54,709 nt of DNA, taken from the IMG/VR virus record IMGVR_UViG_3300021962_008580, positions 1-54,709 of that record; one strand, given 5' to 3'. The position numbers and the translations under genes are program-made. The stretch is from a virus (Duplodnaviria > Caudoviricetes). Under the pieces are notes generated by a model that saw only the letters and a program-made list of their open reading frames with translations, was not told the DNA's origin and ran no database searches. This document shows, one piece after another, positions 9,462 to 18,751 of this stretch (the stretch's first letter is position 1; every line of letters begins with the position of its first letter).

Positions 9462-10453
9462 CCTTTTTTCTTTCCGTATATAACGCCCTTGAGGTCACAC
9501 AAAGTATACCAAGATTCAAACGCTAAGTTCAAGCATTTGACATCAAATCCGGCTGCTATCAATTTATCAACTATGAATTGGGTTCTGTGATTTTCGTTAT
9601 GATGAAATTCGATCAAAACTTGGTCTATGTTCTTCAAATCCTCGACGGATAAGCTATTAAATATGTCATATTCATATCCTTCTATATCCAACTTCCAAAG
9701 ATTGATTTTTTCACACTTTGTTTTTTTAATCAAGCTTTTCAAAGATATGCATTCCACGGTCACCGGCCTAGCGTCGCCAACCATATTTTCGGTATCATAT
9801 TTTTTTTGATTATCTATCTGAAATGAATTTAGTGTGGTTTTATCCGTGAAATAAAATTGCTTCTGTCCATCTTGAGTGTCTAAAGCCACATTATATCTTT
9901 CAACTCTGGTGTCGAATGTTCTGTCTAAAATATAATATGATGGAGATGGCTCTAAACAAACAACTTTGCTTGCTTTTCTCTTTAAGCAATAGTCGGCAAA
10001 AGTTCCACAACTTGCTCCAACGTCAAATACAACATCGCCTTCTTGAACAATATTGTTCAAAAACGAATTATTGTAGAAATCGAGATATTGGATGTAAAAA
10101 CAGTCAGATACGTTTAGATCGCTTGAATCATCCGAGTAAAAATATTTTGGAGTAGGTCTATCAACAATTTTTATTTCAGAACTAAAAAGTTTTACTCCAT
10201 TTTCATACAAGGAAAAAATAAAACCTGTGAAGTCTGTGTTAAGTAATTTAACTCTGCTTGTTGGAGAAACAAAATAATTTACTCCGGCTGTAATTTCCAC
10301 ATCTTTCCAATAAAAGCATGTTAAATTGGAAGTTCTTTCTTTTAAAACAATGGTTACTTTTTTAAAAGATTTGGTTAAAACAAAGTTTAATTTGTTTTCA
10401 TCTTTTTCAAAGCTCCAAGATAAATTTATTGCTGTTTCGGTGGATTCACTCAT
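9458..10453 (-). CDS. FkbM-family SAM-dependent methyltransferase
   Basis: VVFDVGASCG, CLEPS, KLDIEGYE and IEFH motifs. Confidence 0.85.
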   Translation of the reverse strand: MSESTETAINLSWSFEKDENKLNFVLTKSFKKVTIVLKERTSNLTCFYWKDVEITAGVNYFVSPTSRVKLLNTDFTGFIFSLYENGVKLFSSEIKIVDRPTPKYFYSDDSSDLNVSDCFYIQYLDFYNNSFLNNIVQEGDVVFDVGASCGTFADYCLKRKASKVVCLEPSPSYYILDRTFDTRVERYNVALDTQDGQKQFYFTDKTTLNSFQIDNQKKYDTENMVGDARPVTVECISLKSLIKKTKCEKINLWKLDIEGYEYDIFNSLSVEDLKNIDQVLIEFHHNENHRTQFIVDKLIAAGFDVKCLNLAFESWYTLCDLKGVIYGKKKG

Positions 10454-12993
10454 TTGATGTTCCTAATTTCTATAGATGATGTAATATACTGACTCTTTGA
10501 TTGTATTAAGTCAAGAATTAATGATGCAATTTGTTGAGAATCCATAAGATCTGAATAGTTTAGTCTATTTTCCGTCATTTTTGTTTTCATGGCACCTACA
10601 TAAATATCCACCACCTTGATTTTTGAATTCTTCTGATTTATTGAAAGTGAAGAACCAAAACCAGAAAGTCCGAACTTTGATGCACAATATACAGATTCAT
10701 TATAGTTTGGTTGTTTTCCGGCCAACGAGTTTATATTGATTATCCAACCAGATTGATTGGTAAGAGTCAAATGTTTATAAAGATATTTGGAAAGAAGCAT
10801 AGGAGCTACAAGATTTACGTTTATGATTTCTTGTATTCTTTGATCTGAAACATCCATAATACCATCTCCACAATATATTCCAGCATTATTTATCAAACAG
10901 TTGATGTTGTTTTTGACAATGTATTCTTCCATTTTTTGAACACTGTTGATGTCAGAAAAATTACAAAATTCATATTTGTTGTTTTGGTTGTTGCGATTTG
11001 CTTGACCATAAAACTGAACGTTTCTGTTGGAACATTCTTTTTCAAGAGATTGGCCCAATCCACCCGATATTCCCGTCACCAATATTTTTGGAAAATTTTG
11101 TTTGATTGAAATGTTTGTATCTTCCACCAATCCATCTCGAACGTCTATATAAACCAAAACTTCGGTGTATTTATTCAAAAAGTCTGGGTTAAATAAATCC
11201 CACTTGATGTCTGTTCTAGCCGTAAAATCATAAACTTTGTAATTCTTGAATCGTCTCAGATAATTGTCTCTGAAGTTTGCGAATTTTTCTTTAAATCCAT
11301 TCGGACCAAGATGCCATTCACCAGCTATCTTTTTTACGTTCTTGGTTAACCAATCAAAATTCTCATCGGTGAAAATATCATACTCTCCTCCTTCACAATC
11401 GATCTTTAGAAAATCGATTTTATCTATGTTATTTTCTTTAATTAAGTCGGAGAACGTGATGGTGTTAAAATCTTCGGTTATTTTGAACGTCAATCCATTT
11501 TTAATAGATTGGCGTTTGTAAGATATTCCCACGTTCAATAACGTGTGTGGAGCACCTTTGAGTTTATTCTTGATGGTTTCTTGTCTTGAAGCTCCTGGTT
11601 CCAACGTCAATATTTTCTTAGGTTTTCTTTTTGAAGCAGCATAAGAGAACCAACCAAGAAATCCTCCTATATCAACGACTATATCGTCTTTTTCAACCTT
11701 GAAGAATTTTTCATATACGGTACCTTCTTTTTTAAAGAACTCTTCGTATATGATATATTTTTCTTTGGCACTTATGTCTTTTTCTTCTTCGACATATTCA
11801 AGTTCTTTTCTATAATCCAAATCAATGACATCGTTTATTTTTTTGATGACCATCTCCGGAGTTATTTCCTTGGTACATTCAAAATTTTTGTTTCTCGGGC
11901 AAAAATCCCATTTTGATTTGTCAAATGGTATTTCGTTGGCACAACCGTGGCAAACGTTTTTATTCATTCCAACTCTAAATGGACTATAAAATTCAGTCCA
12001 GACATCGCTGATACCAGAAATCATTATTACAGGAGTACCAACCGACCAAGACAACCAAGATAAACCAGAAGTCAATCCTATGAAGAATTCAGCCCCTGCG
12101 ACTTGGTTTATTCTTTCTTCTATAGGAAAATCTCCGGTTTTATCAATTGCTCCTTCTGGTATAGAGTTTTGATAGTTTTCCGTTCCAAAAACTTTGTACT
12201 TGTCTATACACCAAACCTCATAGCCAAGACCGTTGAGATATTTGATTACTTCATCCCATCCGCCCTTTCTGTTCCAGTATTTGTATTGAGCGGTGCTTTG
12301 TGTAGCGATACATACATACTTTTTTCCATCGTTGTATGTTTTATTAAATTTTAATTTTGGCTTTATTTCCATTTCTCCAAAACCAAGAATGCTTGGAGCG
12401 ATGGAAGATAAAGACAACTGTTTCGGATCGTGGAAAATTTTTCCTTGCCAATCTTCGTAATAATATCCCAATCTATAAGATGCATAGTAAGAAAGATCAG
12501 AGTCGGTTGATGATAAAAACTTTATATTTGGGTAATTTTCTTTGAATATTTTATTCCAAGTGGGATCAAATACCACACAACTTAATTCACAGTTGTGTTT
12601 TTTCTGAAAGGCGTCAATCGCTCCAATGTATGCAAGCAAATCTCCCATAGAGTTTGTGTCGCATGTAATCTTTACTCTCTTTCCTTTTAGATTGAATATT
12701 GTCTCCTTTACTATTTCGTTTCCGCATTTGACAACAATTTTCCAATTGAAAAAATATCTCATGCTTGGAGAAGACCACATTCCATTCTTTATTTTTGTGG
12801 AATATATGTTTTTTCCATTCGAGTTATCAATAAAATCTATGGAATATTCTTTTTCCACATTTCCTACTATCTCGACTTTGGCTCCTTCTATGAAAGAAAT
12901 TTTAATTTCATTTTTATTTTCATCCACCGATTTATCATATGGACGCCAAACCGGCTTGGTTTCGTTGTATATTCTTGTTAAAGTTTGTTTCAT
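10450..12993 (-). CDS. Trifunctional fusion: TibC/Aah-like heptosyltransferase + FkbM methyltransferase + SDR oxidoreductase
   Basis: Glycosyltransferase: SMGD, QSTAQYKYWN, IGLTSGLSW, CHGC...CPRNKNFECT. Methyltransferase: VVDIGGFLG, KIDCEGGE. SDR: TGISGGLG, NNAG, YCASK. Confidence 0.85.
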   Translation of the reverse strand: MKQTLTRIYNETKPVWRPYDKSVDENKNEIKISFIEGAKVEIVGNVEKEYSIDFIDNSNGKNIYSTKIKNGMWSSPSMRYFFNWKIVVKCGNEIVKETIFNLKGKRVKITCDTNSMGDLLAYIGAIDAFQKKHNCELSCVVFDPTWNKIFKENYPNIKFLSSTDSDLSYYASYRLGYYYEDWQGKIFHDPKQLSLSSIAPSILGFGEMEIKPKLKFNKTYNDGKKYVCIATQSTAQYKYWNRKGGWDEVIKYLNGLGYEVWCIDKYKVFGTENYQNSIPEGAIDKTGDFPIEERINQVAGAEFFIGLTSGLSWLSWSVGTPVIMISGISDVWTEFYSPFRVGMNKNVCHGCANEIPFDKSKWDFCPRNKNFECTKEITPEMVIKKINDVIDLDYRKELEYVEEEKDISAKEKYIIYEEFFKKEGTVYEKFFKVEKDDIVVDIGGFLGWFSYAASKRKPKKILTLEPGASRQETIKNKLKGAPHTLLNVGISYKRQSIKNGLTFKITEDFNTITFSDLIKENNIDKIDFLKIDCEGGEYDIFTDENFDWLTKNVKKIAGEWHLGPNGFKEKFANFRDNYLRRFKNYKVYDFTARTDIKWDLFNPDFLNKYTEVLVYIDVRDGLVEDTNISIKQNFPKILVTGISGGLGQSLEKECSNRNVQFYGQANRNNQNNKYEFCNFSDINSVQKMEEYIVKNNINCLINNAGIYCGDGIMDVSDQRIQEIINVNLVAPMLLSKYLYKHLTLTNQSGWIININSLAGKQPNYNESVYCASKFGLSGFGSSLSINQKNSKIKVVDIYVGAMKTKMTENRLNYSDLMDSQQIASLILDLIQSKSQYITSSIEIRNIK

Positions 12994-15119
12994 TTGATAT
13001 TTAAAAGTTTTTTGATTAGTTTAATATTCTCCGTTGGATTATTTGTGACCAAATAATTAACTTCATCATACTTGTCATACATACCTTGATATGTGTGAAG
13101 ATTGTGTATTAGAGACGGCAATCCCCAAGAAATGGATTCTTTTATTACAATTGGAGATGTTTCCATGATAGAAGTAAATACCATGAGATCCGCGGCTTGA
13201 TAAAACTTTTCAACGTCGTTTCTTTCTCCCCATATTAAACAGTTTGGGGGAAGGTTTGCCATTAACGGTTTCCAATAATCCTCAAAGTTCCCAGCCTGAT
13301 TTCCTATGAAATGAAACTTTATTTTTTCATTGATAAGAGACCTTGCGTATTCTATCAATTCACCCTGATTTTTTCCTTTGGTGAAAAGTCCAACGTTTAT
13401 AACGTGTTTATATCCATCCAAAAAGTTTAATTCTTCTTTATATTTCTTTTTGTCTGGTTTCATTTTTACGACCGGATATTCTACTATTTCGGCCGGAACA
13501 CCATGTTCCTTGAACATATCAACCTGTTGTTGACATACAAATAGGTATTTGTCTGGGAAAAACTTTTTGTCTTTTGGATTAAAATATATTCCGTGGGAAG
13601 TTTCAAATATAGTATATCTTCTGTTTTCTGAGTATATCTTTTTTGCTATGTCCTTAGAAATATATTCTTCCGAGAATTCCTCCAGATGAATTACGTCTGG
13701 ATCAATTTCTTCAATTATGTCCAACAGCTTCTCTTTAGGTAAATCCTGCAATCTATAAAATTTGTCTTTTAATAGATCGACTATTCTATTTCTTTGAACC
13801 ACATAAAAGGTTGCCACTTGGTCATATTCTACACAATATACATCAAAATCGTCCATCAAAAGTCTAATCTTTTTCTCAAGATATTGCGGCATTCCTCCAG
13901 TCGATAGATGGGGAGTAATAAACAAAATTCTCTTTTTTCTTGGTTTGTTATACTTCTCCAAAAAGTTTTTAATCTTTTCGTGTCCAATTTTTCCGACGTT
14001 TTCCCATTCAAATTTTTCTCGAATTTCTTTGGAGTCAATAAGGGCTTTTTCTTTGTATTGTTTGTAGTTTGTATAAACATCTCTGAATACTTCCGACAAG
14101 TGATTCCAATCTGGCTCATAATAATTTCCAGAGTTTTCTACTGTATTTGGGATTTCTCCTGCTATTTTGACAGGGTGCCCCTTTCCACTTGCAAATTCCA
14201 ACTGAGCCGAACAATCCGAATATATGGAAGGAGTTCCACATGCCATCGCCTCAATCAGAGGAAGGTTCCAACCTTCGCCTCTTGAACATGACACAAACAC
14301 ATGTCCTTTTCTCAAGAATTTTATATAGTCTTCTCTAGAAGGGAAGTGAACAACCTTAACTCTTGGATCTTCAAAACCAAAGGCCTTTAATCTTTCTTCG
14401 GTTGATTTGTATTTGTCATCTGGAAATGGATTGTCCACGGAAAGAATAAAATCCACTGGCTCATCTTTTCCAAAAGTTTTAAGAAATGTTTCTATTATTT
14501 CTTGTGTAGCTTTTCTATGGCTCCATCTACCAAATATTATAAATTTGAATCTACCATCAGCGTAATGTTCATCAAATGATACATCTTTTGGATAAAAAGT
14601 TTTAGAATCTACTCCGGCTGGAACAACCTGTATTTTGTCTGCTTTATATCCTTGAGCAATCATGCATTCTTTTTGCCAAGTGCTGGCTGTCCAAAATTCG
14701 TCAAATGTTTTTGCCTGCTCAAAAAACGCAGGTGGAAGAAGGGTCGATTCCCAAACAGTATAAGCTATCTTCGGACGGCTGTATGTTTCAAAAAAATAGT
14801 GGTGAGGAACAATGTCAGCCACAATCTGAACATCCATAGGTTCGGTACTTGGTCTTTTTCGATATATCGGAAAATTTACCAGCTTTCCACCATCTCCCCA
14901 CAACGACTGGACATTAATAAGCCTCTTATCTAAATCGGTAAGATATTTTTCTTCCGTGTGAGGATCTTCGCTCATTCCCTTCCAATTTTTTCCGACGGTA
15001 AAATTTCTAATTTTAACATCGCAATTTTTTGAAAGAGATCTGAAAAAATCTCTAAAGTGATTGTTTATTCCGGTATTACCTATATACGAAGTGTGTCCAA
15101 ATACTTTTATTTCATTCAT
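12990..15119 (-). CDS. Tandem two-domain GT-B (GT4-like) glycosyltransferase
   Basis: First domain: GRWSHRK and SRGEGWNLPLIEAMACG. Second domain: ILFITPHLSTGG, VGLFTKGKNQ and ETSPIVIKESISWG. Confidence 0.9.
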   Translation of the reverse strand: MNEIKVFGHTSYIGNTGINNHFRDFFRSLSKNCDVKIRNFTVGKNWKGMSEDPHTEEKYLTDLDKRLINVQSLWGDGGKLVNFPIYRKRPSTEPMDVQIVADIVPHHYFFETYSRPKIAYTVWESTLLPPAFFEQAKTFDEFWTASTWQKECMIAQGYKADKIQVVPAGVDSKTFYPKDVSFDEHYADGRFKFIIFGRWSHRKATQEIIETFLKTFGKDEPVDFILSVDNPFPDDKYKSTEERLKAFGFEDPRVKVVHFPSREDYIKFLRKGHVFVSCSRGEGWNLPLIEAMACGTPSIYSDCSAQLEFASGKGHPVKIAGEIPNTVENSGNYYEPDWNHLSEVFRDVYTNYKQYKEKALIDSKEIREKFEWENVGKIGHEKIKNFLEKYNKPRKKRILFITPHLSTGGMPQYLEKKIRLLMDDFDVYCVEYDQVATFYVVQRNRIVDLLKDKFYRLQDLPKEKLLDIIEEIDPDVIHLEEFSEEYISKDIAKKIYSENRRYTIFETSHGIYFNPKDKKFFPDKYLFVCQQQVDMFKEHGVPAEIVEYPVVKMKPDKKKYKEELNFLDGYKHVINVGLFTKGKNQGELIEYARSLINEKIKFHFIGNQAGNFEDYWKPLMANLPPNCLIWGERNDVEKFYQAADLMVFTSIMETSPIVIKESISWGLPSLIHNLHTYQGMYDKYDEVNYLVTNNPTENIKLIKKLLNIK

Positions 15120-15126
15120 ACTAAAG

Positions 15127-15155
15127 AATATATAAAATTGTTAAAATTGTGTCAA
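15127..15155 (-). promoter_or_regulatory. Sigma70-type promoter for the glycosylation operon
   Basis: Minus strand reads TTGACA (15155-15150), 17 nt, TATATT (15132-15127), ending 7 nt before ATG 15119. Confidence 0.7.
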
Positions 15156-15793
15156 TCTGTTTTTTTCATTACTTTTTCAATTTCCGCGTTTACCTTTTTT
15201 AGTTCTTTTTCTGCGGACTTTATTTTTTTGAGGCAAGTTACAAAATCTTTTTTTACATTTTCAAGAAGTTCGCCACGAGCTTCGTTGCTCCATTCTTCAA
15301 CCATACCAGTTTGGTTTGCGTAAGTGATTGTTTTTGAATCTTCACTTTCCAAATAATCTTTGCCTTCTTTGAGCTTTTGTCTAATATCATTCAGATAAGA
15401 CAATTCGTTCTCAATAAGCTTCTTTGTTTCATATAACTTGAATTGACCTTTGATACGAAGCTGAGTTTCTTCTTCAACTAAGCAATCCAAGCACTTCTTG
15501 GTCTTATAGTACATCTTACGATCTTGTCTTGTACCCCAACGAATTTCACGACCACAACAAGAACACTTTTCATTCATTTCTTCACGAATGATGTCCATAA
15601 CGCGAGTAACGGTTTGCGGACCATTAGCGGTTTGTATCCAGTTTTTACCACTGGAATCTGTCCAAGTTTCTCCCTCTTTGCGAATGATATACTTGTCTTT
15701 GTCTCCTACATAACCTACTTGAATGAACGGACGTTCTCCATCCAAATAACCTTTTACAATATCAATATTGCTTTTACTTTGGGCTCTTTTCAT
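15152..15793 (-). CDS. Hypothetical protein with two CxxC motifs and a coiled-coil C-terminus
   Basis: CSCC...CLDC in a 213-aa ORF. Confidence 0.7.
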   Translation of the reverse strand: MKRAQSKSNIDIVKGYLDGERPFIQVGYVGDKDKYIIRKEGETWTDSSGKNWIQTANGPQTVTRVMDIIREEMNEKCSCCGREIRWGTRQDRKMYYKTKKCLDCLVEEETQLRIKGQFKLYETKKLIENELSYLNDIRQKLKEGKDYLESEDSKTITYANQTGMVEEWSNEARGELLENVKKDFVTCLKKIKSAEKELKKVNAEIEKVMKKTD

Positions 15794-15821
15794 AATAACC
15801 TTTGTTGGTTATATATATGAA

Positions 15822-18716
15822 TCAACCCGAGGTTTCTTGTGAAGATTTTATTCTTTTATCTAACAACATTCTTAATAGATAAATCGTGTACGCATCACCT
15901 TGATATGGTGGTTTTTCAATAGCATTTGAGATATTATCAATCTTCTTTTGTAAAAAATCCAGTTGATTTTCTGTCTTTTCTATAGTATCTGGATCTACTT
16001 CTTTAGCTTTTTTTATCTTTTCCCATTCTGTCTTAGTAGCCTGAAACTCTTTCTTAGCAGAACCGATAACCTCATTTGCTCTCGATCTGACCGCTGCGGG
16101 AGACATATCAACTGTAGTTTTTAGTTGATTATATACTTCAAGAGCAATTTTGTTGGCGGATTCGTCGTCCGTAACTTGTCCTACTCTTTGTTTAGCAGCG
16201 GCTACAGCTTTGTTGAGTGTAGCAGCGTGTGATGTGGTCAAACCAAGCACTTTGGTCAAAAAATCTCCGTCTAATACCTTTTCAGTGTTTCCAGCAGCTT
16301 TTCTTGTTCCCCAAGTCTTTTCAGCGATCTTGTGAAAGATTTCAGATGTTCCTTTTATAAAAATGGGTTCGTCTGGTAGGTCTATTTTTAATACAACTCC
16401 CTCAACTGGATATTGACGAGAAGCGTCCGAACTGAGGAAGGTATTTATTCTTTCAGCGTATTGATTCAACACCCCTTGCATTTGTTCTTTAATTTTACGT
16501 ATAATTTTTTTAAGTGTATCTTTTTCTGGACTTTCTTTTCTACTTCTTAACAAAGCCTCCGCCTCTTTCAATTTGTTTGGACTTGCTACAAGCTTTTGTA
16601 TACCAGAAAGATTAAACACAAGTCCCTCACGACTTAGTGAACCATGTTTGTTGATGTTGTATATCTTCCATTCTGGATCATCTGGAGACTCTAATTCTTG
16701 TACTACCGTATTATCTTCTCCATGCTTTTCACAAACGGCACTAAAACACACAAACGCTCCCTTGTTTCCAAGTTTGGATTTGTTATATTTGGTGGAAGCA
16801 AACACAATATCTCCAAGTTCGTCACCCTTGTGAGTCAATACTGGGAACATTTCGGACGACACCTTGAATGCTCCATGTTTCTTTTTGACGGCTTGAAGTT
16901 TATTCTGAAAAGGTTTGTATGAGTTTAAGAAATTTAAAGCTTCATAAAAATGAACCGTGAAGGGATTGTTTAATTTATCGGCATTTGAAATAGTCACCTC
17001 TCCACTGTTCGCCGACTCTACAAAAAATTGTCCTTGAGCGTTCAATCCCCATTTACAAGGAGAACCGTCTAACTTTTCGGTGACGGACGCTTGATCCGTA
17101 ACCGCCAAGTTCATCTTTCCTTGTTTTACCAATGGTTGTATCTTTTGAAGAAAACTTAAAAACTCCGTGTCAGACATTTCGTTGGCACCAGAGAATCGTT
17201 GAATAGATAGTTTCGCTTCTCCAAGATTTTCTTCGTTCAACTTTGGATGTAGAAGATCTGGTTCAGATTGTTGATTCTTTGCCAATGTTTCCTTGTATGC
17301 ATCAACAATTTCTTTTCTGAGTTGTGGGAATTTGAAATCTTTTGATTTAAACAGATTATATACCTTTTCAAATGTATCTATGTCTTTGAACGATTTGTCT
17401 TCACCAAACAAGAACTTGGCTACAAAGTCCATATCTGTTGACTTTAACTCTCTACTTACTTCTTTACGTTTTCCCTTTGCGTCAATTGTAAACTTTTGTA
17501 GGAAAAATCCTTCCGCTGGACTTAGCATATACTTTTGCTTTAATCCTCCTGGACCAGCATCTTCGATGATTTTTGAGAATATCTCAGCGATGAATATGTT
17601 TCTGAATTTTGCCTTATATTCACTTTCTGGAGCACCCGAGTAGAACTTTTCTCTCCAAGATCTTACTCCAAGCATAACGTCTACTTGAGCATAAGGAATT
17701 TTCTTTGGATCTTCGGTTCCGTCTTGATTTATGAACTTTTGATTGACTGCTTTTCCAAGAAGGTGAAATTGATTTAACCCCTTGGCCGACTTGGCTCCGG
17801 GTATTTTCTTTGGTATAGCATCAAACAACTCATCTTTGGTGGCAGTTGGAGGAAGTTTTAGAAACTTCAACATATCAGCCGTATCGATGGCTATATCAAT
17901 GTCTCCAAGCAAAGGTTTGGTGAAATTTCCTATTTTGGAATATGGAACTTTGGACAGTCCATTATCCTTCAATACATTTTGAATTGTTGGATCAAGGTTT
18001 TCTCTTTTGACCTTGGTGACTTCTTCGTCAAAAATATTACCGCCTTCTTCAAGTTTTTTCTTGGCGGGTTTTTCTGGTGGTACATAACCAGAAGCTTCTT
18101 TAAATTTATTAGAAAGCATTTGAGCGATCTTTGGATCATACCATCCAAATATCTTCTTGAACGTTTCTTCCGATGGATCTGTTGCGATCATATTTCTGAT
18201 CTCGGTTCCGCTCAATTCCATTCCATCGACTTTAAGAGAAAAGTGAGGAACTATAATCAAATATCCATGTTTGGTAAAATCTTGAAGATTGTCTTTATTT
18301 TGTTCGTAAAATTGAAGATATGCTGGAGAACCGTCTTTTTTAACTCCACCCACTTTGAATCTGTCAGCGTCCTTTTTACCAAAACCAAATACCACCGCTG
18401 ATCCGTCTGGAAGTAAATCAAGCACTTCTGTTGCGGTATATGGACTCTTTGTTTGTATGATTTTGTCAGCGGGAACTCCATACTTAACCCACACGGCTTT
18501 CTTTTCTGCAAAATTTAATGGACTATCTGGAAGTTCCACCTTGTCGGTGGTTGCTACATATACCTTATCTTTACCAAACTTATCAGCTAACCATTTATAT
18601 GCTTGATAATGATGTGGGCCAGCGGGATGAAAACGACCTGGATAAATCGCGTATACGTCTTTTCCAACAACTTCGGTGTATACTTCTTCTATGATTTTCT
18701 CTATTAGGTCGTTCAT
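15822..18716 (-). CDS. Multidomain nucleotidyltransferase: HIGH-superfamily cytidylyltransferase-like + Pol-beta-like NTase + ATP-dependent (RNA) ligase-like domain
   Basis: YPGRFHPAGPHH...SGTEIR; IGN...GDIDIAID...QVD; TEKLDG...EGVV...IKG. Likely start is ATG 18716, just after the ATATTTATA motif. Confidence 0.7.
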   Translation of the reverse strand: MNDLIEKIIEEVYTEVVGKDVYAIYPGRFHPAGPHHYQAYKWLADKFGKDKVYVATTDKVELPDSPLNFAEKKAVWVKYGVPADKIIQTKSPYTATEVLDLLPDGSAVVFGFGKKDADRFKVGGVKKDGSPAYLQFYEQNKDNLQDFTKHGYLIIVPHFSLKVDGMELSGTEIRNMIATDPSEETFKKIFGWYDPKIAQMLSNKFKEASGYVPPEKPAKKKLEEGGNIFDEEVTKVKRENLDPTIQNVLKDNGLSKVPYSKIGNFTKPLLGDIDIAIDTADMLKFLKLPPTATKDELFDAIPKKIPGAKSAKGLNQFHLLGKAVNQKFINQDGTEDPKKIPYAQVDVMLGVRSWREKFYSGAPESEYKAKFRNIFIAEIFSKIIEDAGPGGLKQKYMLSPAEGFFLQKFTIDAKGKRKEVSRELKSTDMDFVAKFLFGEDKSFKDIDTFEKVYNLFKSKDFKFPQLRKEIVDAYKETLAKNQQSEPDLLHPKLNEENLGEAKLSIQRFSGANEMSDTEFLSFLQKIQPLVKQGKMNLAVTDQASVTEKLDGSPCKWGLNAQGQFFVESANSGEVTISNADKLNNPFTVHFYEALNFLNSYKPFQNKLQAVKKKHGAFKVSSEMFPVLTHKGDELGDIVFASTKYNKSKLGNKGAFVCFSAVCEKHGEDNTVVQELESPDDPEWKIYNINKHGSLSREGLVFNLSGIQKLVASPNKLKEAEALLRSRKESPEKDTLKKIIRKIKEQMQGVLNQYAERINTFLSSDASRQYPVEGVVLKIDLPDEPIFIKGTSEIFHKIAEKTWGTRKAAGNTEKVLDGDFLTKVLGLTTSHAATLNKAVAAAKQRVGQVTDDESANKIALEVYNQLKTTVDMSPAAVRSRANEVIGSAKKEFQATKTEWEKIKKAKEVDPDTIEKTENQLDFLQKKIDNISNAIEKPPYQGDAYTIYLLRMLLDKRIKSSQETSG

Positions 18717-18751
18717 ATTATTATAAATATATATGACAGTACATAATCGTG

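Noticed and set aside
18060-18716. HIGH-type domain as the missing ADP-heptose adenylyltransferase (HldC)
   Set aside because: It belongs to the same superfamily, but it lies outside the operon, has a different promoter type and lacks recognisable HldC-specific motifs, so the link is unsupported.
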